Source: an uncultured Gemmatimonadales bacterium | Lineage (GTDB): Bacteria > Gemmatimonadota > Gemmatimonadetes > Gemmatimonadales > Gemmatimonadaceae | NCBI GenBank assembly: GCA_963851265.1 | Contig: CAWKNZ010000002.1 | Span: 1,766,486-1,830,485, forward strand | Direction of reading: 5' to 3' | DNA length: 64,000 nt | Shown: piece by piece, positions 26,999 through 34,851 of the stretch | Layout of the letters: every line of letters starts with the position of its first letter | Position numbering within the stretch: position 1 is the stretch's first letter | Position numbers and translations under genes: made by a program | The notes under the pieces: model-generated | Database searches by the model: none | Told to the model about the DNA's origin: nothing | What the model saw: only the letters and a program-made list of their open reading frames with translations

Positions 26999-28240
26999 TC
27001 AGCGATCCGGAACGGCGACGTCGCGGTTGATGGGCCCCTGCGCATCCTCCGCGGGCGCGTTGCCGCCGAGCGCGGTCGGGTCCAAGACCCGCGGCCGCGC
27101 GCGCGGCTTCGACGACCCGCGCAGCACGCCGCGCCGCCACTCGCCGAGCCGCGAGCCCCGCGTCTTGTCACGGGCCTGCATCGGGTCGCCGCGCTCGGGA
27201 CGGAGCGCGCGGTCGGACGACCAGGGCGCGGTTGGCGCCATCGTCAACGTGGCGAGCGCGAGGAGCACCTCGTCGTACTGCACGCGGGAGGCGACGAAGT
27301 CCGCCCACGCCTGCTCGATCCCTGTGCTCACCTCGAGCCCCTCCTTCTTCAGACGCTCGTACACCGCCTCGAACTCGTGGCGACGTACCGAAACCGGCCC
27401 GCCCGGGTCGGGCTTCTGTTCGTACGGGATCTCGAAGAAGTCCGCGATCCGGCGCAGCGCGAAGACGCCCGCGCGCAGCGTCATCCGCTCCTGCGCGGAG
27501 GGCCCTCGACTGAGGACCGCCCCGATGAGCCCGACCGAATCGAGCACCGCGCCCGCGGCCGTCACCCACGAGCGCTCGGGCTGCGGCGAGCGGAAGAAGA
27601 TCAGCGCGGCGAGCGAGGTGTGACTCTCTTCCAACTCGACGAACCACTGCTGCCAGTCGGCCCAGTACGCATCGAGCCCGTCGAACCCACCGATCTCGTG
27701 CACCCGGACGAGCAGTTCACCCGCGCTCGGCGGCGAGCCCGAGCGGATTTCGAGGAGGGTCACGGCCGACTCGCGGCGAGCGAACGCGGCGTACATCGCG
27801 GGCAGATACGAGACGAGCAAGGCCACGAGCGTGAGGCCGATTCCCGCCTCGGTGAACGCAGCCGTGACGGCCGCCCAGCCGACGGGTTTCTCGAACCCGA
27901 GCGTGAGGAGCGACGACCCGCTCTCCAGGAACGCGCGGTCGACCGGCAGCCCGAGCGCCCAGAACACGCCCGCGTACCCGACGCCGATGAGCAGCCCCCA
28001 TGCGACCACGAGTCCGAGCGTGGCCACCGGCGCGAACAGCGCCATGACTCGGTCGCGCGCCGCGAACTCTCGCGTCCAGTGCAGCCGCGCGTCGAACACG
28101 GCCCTCGCGACGAAGAACACCACACGGGTGACGGGGTCGCGCGCGCTCCGGGGCAGCACGAACGTCCGGACGGCCGAGCGCAGGGACACGGCGACCAGCA
28201 GCAACCCGGCGAGGGCAACGATGACACGGACGACGATCAT
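26999..28240 (-). CDS. Membrane protein with potassium-channel-like pore region
   Basis: TM helices flanking ESGSSLLTLGF (pore helix / filter-like), followed by a soluble C-terminal domain. Confidence 0.65.
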   Translation of the reverse strand: MIVVRVIVALAGLLLVAVSLRSAVRTFVLPRSARDPVTRVVFFVARAVFDARLHWTREFAARDRVMALFAPVATLGLVVAWGLLIGVGYAGVFWALGLPVDRAFLESGSSLLTLGFEKPVGWAAVTAAFTEAGIGLTLVALLVSYLPAMYAAFARRESAVTLLEIRSGSPPSAGELLVRVHEIGGFDGLDAYWADWQQWFVELEESHTSLAALIFFRSPQPERSWVTAAGAVLDSVGLIGAVLSRGPSAQERMTLRAGVFALRRIADFFEIPYEQKPDPGGPVSVRRHEFEAVYERLKKEGLEVSTGIEQAWADFVASRVQYDEVLLALATLTMAPTAPWSSDRALRPERGDPMQARDKTRGSRLGEWRRGVLRGSSKPRARPRVLDPTALGGNAPAEDAQGPINRDVAVPDR

Positions 28241-28285
28241 GACCCGCGGCGTTGCACGCTTGGGGCCGGCAACGGGCCTGAGCGT

Positions 28286-29344
28286 CTAGCGCGCGCGCAC
28301 GCCGAGTCCGGGGCCGTCTGGGAGTCGGACGACCCCGCCCGCGATCGTCGCGCCGACGTAGGGATCGTGGGCGAGGAGCGCGGCTCCGTCGAGGTCCACC
28401 GCGTCGAGGAGCGGCGCGAGGTGCGCCGCGGCGGTGATCCCGAGCGAACTCTCGATCATGCAGCCACACATCACGAGCAGCCCGTGCGCGCGCGCCGTCG
28501 CGACGATCGCGAGCGCCTCGCGCAGCCCGCCGCACTTGGCGAGCTTGAGGTTGACGCCGTCCACCGCGCCCGTCGACGCGAGCCGCGCCACGTCGGCGGC
28601 GTCGACGCACGACTCGTCGGCGATCACCGGAACGGCGCCTCGCTCGCGGACGAAACGCAACCCCTCGACGTCGCCTGCGGCGACCGGCTGTTCGACGAAC
28701 TCGACGCCGAGTTCGGCGAGCAGGCCGCTCATCCCGACGGCGACCTTGGGCGTCCAGCCCGCGTTCGCGTCCACGCGCAACACCTTAGTCGGCGCGAGCT
28801 CGCGCACGCGACGGACGACGGCCGCGTCGTGCCCGGCACCCGCCGGGCTGCCGAGCTTGATCTTGAGAATGGGGTACTCGGCGGCTTGCGCGAGGCGCGC
28901 ATCCAACTCGGCGTCGTCGGCGGCGAGCCCGATCGTGAAGCTCGACCGGGGCGCCCGCGCGGGGTCGACACCGAGCATGCGGTAGAGCGGTACGCCGAGC
29001 CGCTTGGCCGCCAGGTCGTGCAGGGCGACCGAGACGGCGGTGCGCACCGCGCCGTTCCACCGGAGCGTGCGACGCATGCGCTGCTCGGCATCCTCCAGGT
29101 GCCAGGGATCGCACCCGTGGAGCGCCTGCTCGAGCCGCGGCAACGCGCCGGCCACGCTCTCGGGCGTCTCACCGTAGAAGCGGCTCGGCGCGGCCTCGCC
29201 CCAGCCCTCCGCCCCGTCGTGGGCGTCGCGCACGCGGACCGTGACGGTCGGGTACTCGCTGGCACCCCCGCGCGCGATCACGAACGGCAGCGCCGTGCGC
29301 ACGGGCAGGTAGTCGGAGGTGATGGAGAGGCGAGGCGTGGACAC
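28286..29344 (-). CDS. Dipeptide (L-Ala-D/L-Glu) epimerase, enolase superfamily
   Basis: GWGEAAP, KIK, RVDAN, EQP, ADES, KLAKCGG, GCMIES, DLDG. Confidence 0.9.
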   Translation of the reverse strand: MSTPRLSITSDYLPVRTALPFVIARGGASEYPTVTVRVRDAHDGAEGWGEAAPSRFYGETPESVAGALPRLEQALHGCDPWHLEDAEQRMRRTLRWNGAVRTAVSVALHDLAAKRLGVPLYRMLGVDPARAPRSSFTIGLAADDAELDARLAQAAEYPILKIKLGSPAGAGHDAAVVRRVRELAPTKVLRVDANAGWTPKVAVGMSGLLAELGVEFVEQPVAAGDVEGLRFVRERGAVPVIADESCVDAADVARLASTGAVDGVNLKLAKCGGLREALAIVATARAHGLLVMCGCMIESSLGITAAAHLAPLLDAVDLDGAALLAHDPYVGATIAGGVVRLPDGPGLGVRAR

Positions 29345-29404
29345 GAGGTGAGCCGGGGTGAGACGCGATCCGGGGCGGTGAGGCAGGGCGGCCAGGCCGT
29401 GCGA

Positions 29405-30394
29405 TCAGGAGGGACGGCGCGCGCGCCACGCCAGCCGCAGCTCGGGGGCGTCGCGCTCGACGAGGAAGCCCACGAGCGCGTCGGCGAGGTCGGACGCGCG
29501 CTGGTAGCGCTCGTCGGCGCTCTTCGCGAGCGTGCGCATCACGATCGCGGCGAGGGTGGGCGGCACCCCCGGCGCCGCGACCTCGATCGGCACCGGCGCC
29601 TCGTGCACCTGCTTGTAGCCCACCTGGTACGGGTCGGGCGCGTCGAACGGCGGCGCGCCGGCGAGCGCCTCGTACAGCACGACGCCTAACGCGTAGACGT
29701 CGCTCCGGCCGTCGAGCACGCGGCCCATCGCCTGCTCGGGGCTCATGTAGTGCGGCGTGCCCATCGCGCGCCCGGTCGCGGTCATGCGCGCGTGGAATCG
29801 CGCGCTCGCGATCCCGAAGTCGGTCACCACCGCGTAGCCCTCCTCGTCGAACAGCACGTTGTCGGGCTTCACGTCGCGGTGCACGACCCCGCGGCGGTGC
29901 GCGTAGTCGAGACCCTGCGCGGCCTGCGCCGCCGCGGCGGCGGCGCGCTCGGGGGCGATGCGGCGGCCGTGCCCCGACGCGTCCGCGAGCGAACCGCCGC
30001 CGAAGAACGGCATCACCAGAAACTCGACCGATCCGGCGGCCGCGTAGTCGAGGATCGGGCAGACGTGCGGGTGATGCAGCCGGGCGGCCGCTTCGGCCTC
30101 GCGCCGGAAGCGCGTCCGCATTTCCGGGTCGCGCGCGAGGTGCGGGTGCAGCACCTTCAGCGCGAGCGGCGTGTCGAGCAGCGCGTGGCGCGCGCGGTAC
30201 ACGGTCGCCATGCCGCCGCCGCCGAGTCGCCCCTCCACGGCGTACCGCCCGCCCGCGGCACGGCGGAGCGCGGAGAGTTCGGCGTCGGGTGGCTCGGCCG
30301 CGGCCGGCGGCGGCAGCTCGGGGAGCAGCGCGTCGCACCGCACGCAGCGCGGCGACGCGGCGCGGTTCCAGGTGCCGCAGTCGGGACAGAACAC
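29405..30394 (-). CDS. Hanks-type Ser/Thr kinase with N-terminal zinc ribbon, cytoplasmic
   Basis: CPDCG...CVRC; LGGGGMATVY, ALK, HRDVKPDN, DFG, GTPHYMSPEQ, SDVYALG. Confidence 0.93.
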   Translation of the reverse strand: MFCPDCGTWNRAASPRCVRCDALLPELPPPAAAEPPDAELSALRRAAGGRYAVEGRLGGGGMATVYRARHALLDTPLALKVLHPHLARDPEMRTRFRREAEAAARLHHPHVCPILDYAAAGSVEFLVMPFFGGGSLADASGHGRRIAPERAAAAAAQAAQGLDYAHRRGVVHRDVKPDNVLFDEEGYAVVTDFGIASARFHARMTATGRAMGTPHYMSPEQAMGRVLDGRSDVYALGVVLYEALAGAPPFDAPDPYQVGYKQVHEAPVPIEVAAPGVPPTLAAIVMRTLAKSADERYQRASDLADALVGFLVERDAPELRLAWRARRPS

Positions 30395-30438
30395 GCGTCG
30401 GCCGCTCCGTGGCTCGGCAGGGTGGCGTTAGGCGCCGG

Positions 30439-31155
30439 TCACGCGCCCAGGTCGAGCCGCACGAAGTCGTACGGCGGCCACGGGCCCGTGACGGCGAGCT
30501 GCAGGTCCGGCCGCGCGGCGTGCTCGCGCGCCACCGCGCGCGCGAACGCGCCCCACCGCGCGCGCTCGACCAGGAACGCCGCCTGGAGCGCGGGCTCGGC
30601 CTCCGGCTCCGCGATCCCCTCCCCGGCCCCTCGCTGGTCGTCGCGCGCCTCGTCGCGTAACACCAGCACGGCGACCGCCTCGCGGCGGAGCGTGCGCAGC
30701 ACGTCGGTGACCGGCGCCGAGGCCGCCGAGGCACCCGGCGGCGTGACCGCCGCCGGCCGCGCCGCGTGCACGCGTGCCTCCACCCGGTCCTCCACGTAGC
30801 GCAGCGCTTCCGCGAGGGCGGCCGCGTGCAGCTCGAGCCACGTCGCGACGGCCTCGCGCGATCGGAACACCGTCCCCGGCGGCGCGGGCACCACCGCGCG
30901 CTCGGCGAACAGGGTGGCGACGACGGTGTGCGTGGCTTCCAGCTCCGCCGCCGTCGGCGACACCGCGGCGAACGGCGCCGGCGCGATCGCGGCGACGAGT
31001 TCGCGCACGCGGAGCAGCTCGACCGCCGCGAGCCCCGCGGGTGTCTCGACGCGGTGACCGCGGCCGCCGCCTTCGGCGTGCACGGCAGACAGCACACCGT
31101 ACAGGCGCACACCCTGCTCCGGGACGCGGTGCTCGTCGGTGCGGCGCAGCGTCAC
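30439..31155 (-). CDS. GvpL/GvpF-family protein
   Basis: RLYGV start, H..VV...VVPAPPGTVF, C-terminal TGPWPPYDFV family motif; GTG overlaps the upstream TGA. Confidence 0.8.
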   Translation of the reverse strand: MTLRRTDEHRVPEQGVRLYGVLSAVHAEGGGRGHRVETPAGLAAVELLRVRELVAAIAPAPFAAVSPTAAELEATHTVVATLFAERAVVPAPPGTVFRSREAVATWLELHAAALAEALRYVEDRVEARVHAARPAAVTPPGASAASAPVTDVLRTLRREAVAVLVLRDEARDDQRGAGEGIAEPEAEPALQAAFLVERARWGAFARAVAREHAARPDLQLAVTGPWPPYDFVRLDLGA

Positions 31156-31994
31156 GGCTCGCCCCCGCGCCCCGTGGGGCGCTCGCCCCCCCGCGCGTGC
31201 GGCCACTTCACGCCACGCACCACCTGGAACCCGAGCGCGCGCTCGCGCGCCAGCTCGCGCAGCAGCATCTCTTCGCGCTCCACCGCCTCGCGCGCGCCGC
31301 GCCAGCCCCAGCGCCGCCACGCGTGCGCCATGATCTGCGCCTTCTGCTGCCACGTCAGCTGCGGCGCCTCGTCCGCCCCGCCGTCGTCGCCGGCGTCCGT
31401 CCAGTCCTGCACCTGCAGGTCGACCACGCCCGCGTCGCGCAGCATCTGCTTCCACTCCACCAGCAGCCGCGGGCGCATGCCGAGGCGGTCCACCAGCAGC
31501 GCCCGCGCGTCGGGCGTCAGCTCCGAGCTCCACGTCAGCTGCAACAGCACCACGGCGCCTAACGGCTTCGTCACCCGCGCCAGCTCCGCCACGGCGCGCG
31601 CGGCGTGCGCCGCGGCCGCGAGCACGGGCTCGCCCACCGCCGCGTCGAACACCCCCGTCTCGTGCGGCAGGTCGTCGAGCGCCGCCTGCTGGTAGCTGAG
31701 CGGCAGCGCGGCGCCGCGTTCGGCGCGCGCGCGCGCCCGCGCGTCGGCCGCGTCGATCCGGTCCGCGTCGGGGTCGACGCCCGACACCGCGGCCCCGGTG
31801 CGCCGCGCGAGCCATTCGCAGCTCGTCCCGTCGCCGCACCCCGAGACGAGCACCTCCTGCCCGCGCTCCACGCCGAGCAGGCTGGCCACCTCGCGGTAGA
31901 GCGTCTCGCCGCTCGAGCGCCAGCGCCCGAAGACGAGCTCCTGCACGAGGCGGAAGACCGCCGGTGCGGGCGCGGCCGACTGCGCGTCGCTCAG
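31152..31994 (-). CDS. Class I SAM-dependent methyltransferase (start uncertain: CTG 31994 or GTG 31946)
   Basis: VLVSGCGDG motif I, GVD, DLPHETGVFDA, ELARVTKPLG. Confidence 0.82.
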   Translation of the reverse strand: MSDAQSAAPAPAVFRLVQELVFGRWRSSGETLYREVASLLGVERGQEVLVSGCGDGTSCEWLARRTGAAVSGVDPDADRIDAADARARARAERGAALPLSYQQAALDDLPHETGVFDAAVGEPVLAAAAHAARAVAELARVTKPLGAVVLLQLTWSSELTPDARALLVDRLGMRPRLLVEWKQMLRDAGVVDLQVQDWTDAGDDGGADEAPQLTWQQKAQIMAHAWRRWGWRGAREAVEREEMLLRELARERALGFQVVRGVKWPHARGGERPTGRGGEP

Positions 31995-33031
31995 AGGAGC
32001 GCCCGCAGGTGCGCGGCCGCCGCCTCGCCGAGCCGCTCGGGGGCGTACCCGCCTTCGAGCACGCTCACGAGCCGGCCCCCGGCGACCGCGTCGGCACGCG
32101 CGGCCATCTGCCGCGTCAGCGCGTCCACGTCCTCCAACTCCAGCGTGAACCCGCCGAGCGGGTCGCCGGCGAGCGAGTCGAACCCCGCCGAGACGACGAC
32201 GAGGTCGGGGGGCCACCCCGCCGTGGCCGCGTCGACGGCGCGCGTGAACGCGTCCACGTACCGCGCTCGCGCGAGGCCCGGCGGCATCGGCACGTTCCAC
32301 ACGGTCCCGTGCGGCCCGCGATCCTCGGCCGCTCCCGTGCCCGGATACCACGGCCACTGGTGCATGCTCACGAACCGCACGTCGGGTTCGTGCTGCACGA
32401 GCGCCTGCGTCCCGTTGCCGTGGTGCACGTCCCAGTCGACGACGAGCACGCGCCCGGCGCCGTGGCGCGCGCGCGCGTAGAGCGCCGCGAGCGCGGCGTT
32501 GCCGAACAGGCAGAATCCCATCCCGGACGCCCGTAACGCATGGTGCCCCGGCGGACGCACCGCGACGAAACTCCGCCGCGGCGGAGCCGCCCCGGGCGCG
32601 CCTTCGGGCTCGGACGCCACGAACGCGAGGTCCACCGCGTCGAGTGCGCCCCCAGCACCGGCCGTGCCCGCCGCCCACGACCCCGCGCTCACGCGTGTGT
32701 CGGCGTCGAGCGACCCGCCTCCCGCGTCCGCCAACTCCCGGACGCGCGCGACGTACGCCGGGTCGTGGGCGAGCGCGAGTTCCTCGGGGGTCGCGTTGCG
32801 CGCCTCACGGTGCGCGACCGAGGTGAACAGCTCGACGTCGCGCCCCACGGCGCGCAGGACCGCGCGCAGGCGCCCCGTGTGCTCCGGGTGGTTCCATCCC
32901 GTGTCGTGCAGGCCGCAGTCGGCGCTCGAGATGAACGCCACGCGCGGCACGGCGTTCGCGCGCGGCGCGCCGCCGGACGACGGTGCGACCCCAGCCACCT
33001 CGGGCAACCCCTCGACGCCGCGGTCCGTCAC
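31991..33031 (-). CDS. Histone deacetylase / acetylpolyamine amidohydrolase family Zn-dependent deacylase
   Basis: HPEH, RPPGHHA, GFC, DWDVHHGNGT, SAGFD, LEGGY. Confidence 0.95.
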   Translation of the reverse strand: MTDRGVEGLPEVAGVAPSSGGAPRANAVPRVAFISSADCGLHDTGWNHPEHTGRLRAVLRAVGRDVELFTSVAHREARNATPEELALAHDPAYVARVRELADAGGGSLDADTRVSAGSWAAGTAGAGGALDAVDLAFVASEPEGAPGAAPPRRSFVAVRPPGHHALRASGMGFCLFGNAALAALYARARHGAGRVLVVDWDVHHGNGTQALVQHEPDVRFVSMHQWPWYPGTGAAEDRGPHGTVWNVPMPPGLARARYVDAFTRAVDAATAGWPPDLVVVSAGFDSLAGDPLGGFTLELEDVDALTRQMAARADAVAGGRLVSVLEGGYAPERLGEAAAAHLRALL

Positions 33032-33068
33032 GCGCGTGCGCTACGTAGAACGGAGGGAGCGACGCGCA

Positions 33069-33548
33069 CTACCGCACGGCCCGTCGACGCCGGTGCGTGA
33101 CGAGGAAGATCGAGCCGTCCACCGCCCCGGCGGCGGCGAGCGACGCGAGTTCGTCGAGCACGGCGGCGCCGTTCAACTTCACGACGTACTCCTCCGCGGT
33201 CGCGGTCCCCGAGAGCAACGCCTGAAGCGCCGCGCGCTTCACATCGGCGACCGGCGCCGCGGCCGGCGCGTCCAGTCGCACGACGTCCCACACCTCGGGC
33301 ACCTCCACGCGCACGGTCCACCGCGGCCCGCCCGCGCCTGCGCCGACGACCAGCGTCCCCGGTCGCGCGCGCAGCTCTGCGACGACCGGCGCCGCCTCGG
33401 GCGGGAGGACGTAGGCATCGTCGTCGGCGCGCGGCATCCCCGGGGCGGGCACGAGCGTGGCGCCCGGGATCTCCTCCGCGTTGATCGTCCCGGCATCGCC
33501 GGGCTCCGAGCGGCCACCGTTGACCGCGCTGCGGTCGACCCCGCTCAT
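33069..33548 (-). CDS. Hypothetical protein with C-terminal ubiquitin-like (beta-grasp, YukD/EsaB-like) domain
   Basis: WTVRVEV / DVVRLDA / PVADVKRAAL / YVVKLNG / LDELASLAAAGAVDGSIFLV follows the ubiquitin beta-beta-alpha-beta pattern; ATGA overlap with the upstream gene. Confidence 0.65.
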   Translation of the reverse strand: MSGVDRSAVNGGRSEPGDAGTINAEEIPGATLVPAPGMPRADDDAYVLPPEAAPVVAELRARPGTLVVGAGAGGPRWTVRVEVPEVWDVVRLDAPAAAPVADVKRAALQALLSGTATAEEYVVKLNGAAVLDELASLAAAGAVDGSIFLVTHRRRRAVR

Positions 33549-33964
33549 CCGGGCGACCCGCCAACGCGGGCGGCTGCCGCGGTCGGCGCGAGCGGAGGAG
33601 CGGCGACGCTCGTTCCGCCTGGCGGTGCCGCGTCGGACGACAACGCATCGGTCGTCGCCGGCAGCTCCTCCACCGGAGCCGCCTCGGGCGCGGCCGGCAA
33701 CGTGCCGAGGAAGCGCGCCACCTGCATGTCGAACAAGTAGCTCGAGCCCGACACGCGCGTGCCGCGCGGATCGGGCGTCACGCCGACGACCACCTCTTCC
33801 CCGCCCTGGCCGCGCATGCTGACAAACGTCGGCCCCTCTCGCTCCGGGAACGCGGCGTAGATGCCGGGACGCGTCGAAAAGAAGCGCTTCGCGGCCGCGA
33901 GCACGTCGGCGGGGGCGAGCGTGGTGATCGTGTCCTGGAGGGTGCGGCCGTATTGGTGGTTCAT
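33545..33964 (-). CDS. Hypothetical alpha/beta protein
   Basis: Globular ~90-aa core plus acidic Ala/Pro tail; TAGCTT -10-like hexamer upstream; coupled to the ubiquitin-like gene. Confidence 0.7.
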   Translation of the reverse strand: MNHQYGRTLQDTITTLAPADVLAAAKRFFSTRPGIYAAFPEREGPTFVSMRGQGGEEVVVGVTPDPRGTRVSGSSYLFDMQVARFLGTLPAAPEAAPVEELPATTDALSSDAAPPGGTSVAAPPLAPTAAAARVGGSPG

Positions 33965-34064
33965 GCGCGGGCGGCGGGTCGGGCCGCGCGGAGCCGCGGG
34001 CCGTCGTCAAAGCTACACGACGACGGGCCGCGGTTGCGAGGCGGACGGACAAGCCGCCGCCCCA

Positions 34065-34622
34065 CTACGGCCGCCCAACGCCATGCCGCGCCATCGTCAC
34101 GTCCACCGCGGCCTGCATCAGCAGCAGCGCGACGAGGAGCGCCCATTCGAGCGTCGTGCGCGCCGCCGGGCGCGCGGCCACCCCCGTCCCCGCGGTCGGC
34201 CGGGGCACCGTCGTGCGCCAGAGCAGCCAGCCGGCGATCGTCACACCCGCCTCGAGCACGAAGTCGCGCGGTGCATGCCCGTACCAGCCGAGCCCCACGT
34301 TCTCGGGCCCTCCCGGCCACGTCGGCTTCCACCCGGTCAGGTAGTCCGCGCACCAGTGCGACACGCACGCGAGCGCGGCAATCGCCCCCCCACGCCACGA
34401 GCGCGACCACCGCGCACCGATCACCGCCATCCCGACCGCGCCCACGCCGACGAGCGGCCACCCGTGCGGGCCCCACGCGGCATCGGCCGGACGCTCGCCG
34501 TAGAGGTCGAGCAGTGCGTCTCCCCAGTCCGGCAGCTGCGACGCGATCACGAGCACCCAGAGCCCAGGCGCCCCGCGCACGCGCCGCAGTCCCAACGCGA
34601 TCCCTACGTGCCCCGCATACAC
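34065..34622 (-). CDS. Membrane-bound metal-dependent hydrolase (YdjM-like)
   Basis: GH at the N-terminus, SQLPD, PHG, SHWCAD motifs with TM segments. Confidence 0.7.
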   Translation of the reverse strand: MYAGHVGIALGLRRVRGAPGLWVLVIASQLPDWGDALLDLYGERPADAAWGPHGWPLVGVGAVGMAVIGARWSRSWRGGAIAALACVSHWCADYLTGWKPTWPGGPENVGLGWYGHAPRDFVLEAGVTIAGWLLWRTTVPRPTAGTGVAARPAARTTLEWALLVALLLMQAAVDVTMARHGVGRP

Positions 34623-34628
34623 GCGCGC

Positions 34629-34847
34629 TTACGGCGTGAGCGGCGGTGCCGCCGCGCGGGCCGTCGCGCGCGTCGGGGCGGCGGCCAACGGGCTCGCCGC
34701 GACCGCGTCGGTCGCGTCCGGGTCCGCCCGCGGCGCCTGCGCGCGACGCAGCACCGCATCGACCGCGATCGCCGCGAGCGCGGGCGCGGCCAGCGCCGCC
34801 GTGACCACGGCGTCCTGCAGGCGGAACTCGGAGTACGGCAGGAGCAT
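34629..34847 (-). CDS. Small hypothetical membrane protein (72 aa)
   Basis: Fills the gap between neighbours (4-6 nt spacing); one hydrophobic segment. Confidence 0.45.
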   Translation of the reverse strand: MLLPYSEFRLQDAVVTAALAAPALAAIAVDAVLRRAQAPRADPDATDAVAASPLAAAPTRATARAAAPPLTP

Positions 34848-34851
34848 GCGC

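Noticed and set aside
28253..28270. Sigma54-like GG-N10-GC upstream of the channel-like gene (and a similar TTGCA element near 45303)
   Set aside because: Poor match to TGGCAC-N5-TTGC; easily arises by chance in GC-rich DNA
26375..29689. 1104-aa plus-strand ORF and the many other long Arg/Ala/Gly-rich ORFs in the track
   Set aside because: Antisense or alternative-frame shadows of well-supported genes, expected at this GC content; no protein motifs
30439..31155. Gas vesicle gene cluster
   Set aside because: Only a single GvpL/F-like gene; no structural gvpA or other gvp genes in the window
33069..33548. Bacterial ubiquitin conjugation or anti-phage system
   Set aside because: No C-terminal glycine and no E1, E2 or JAB genes nearby
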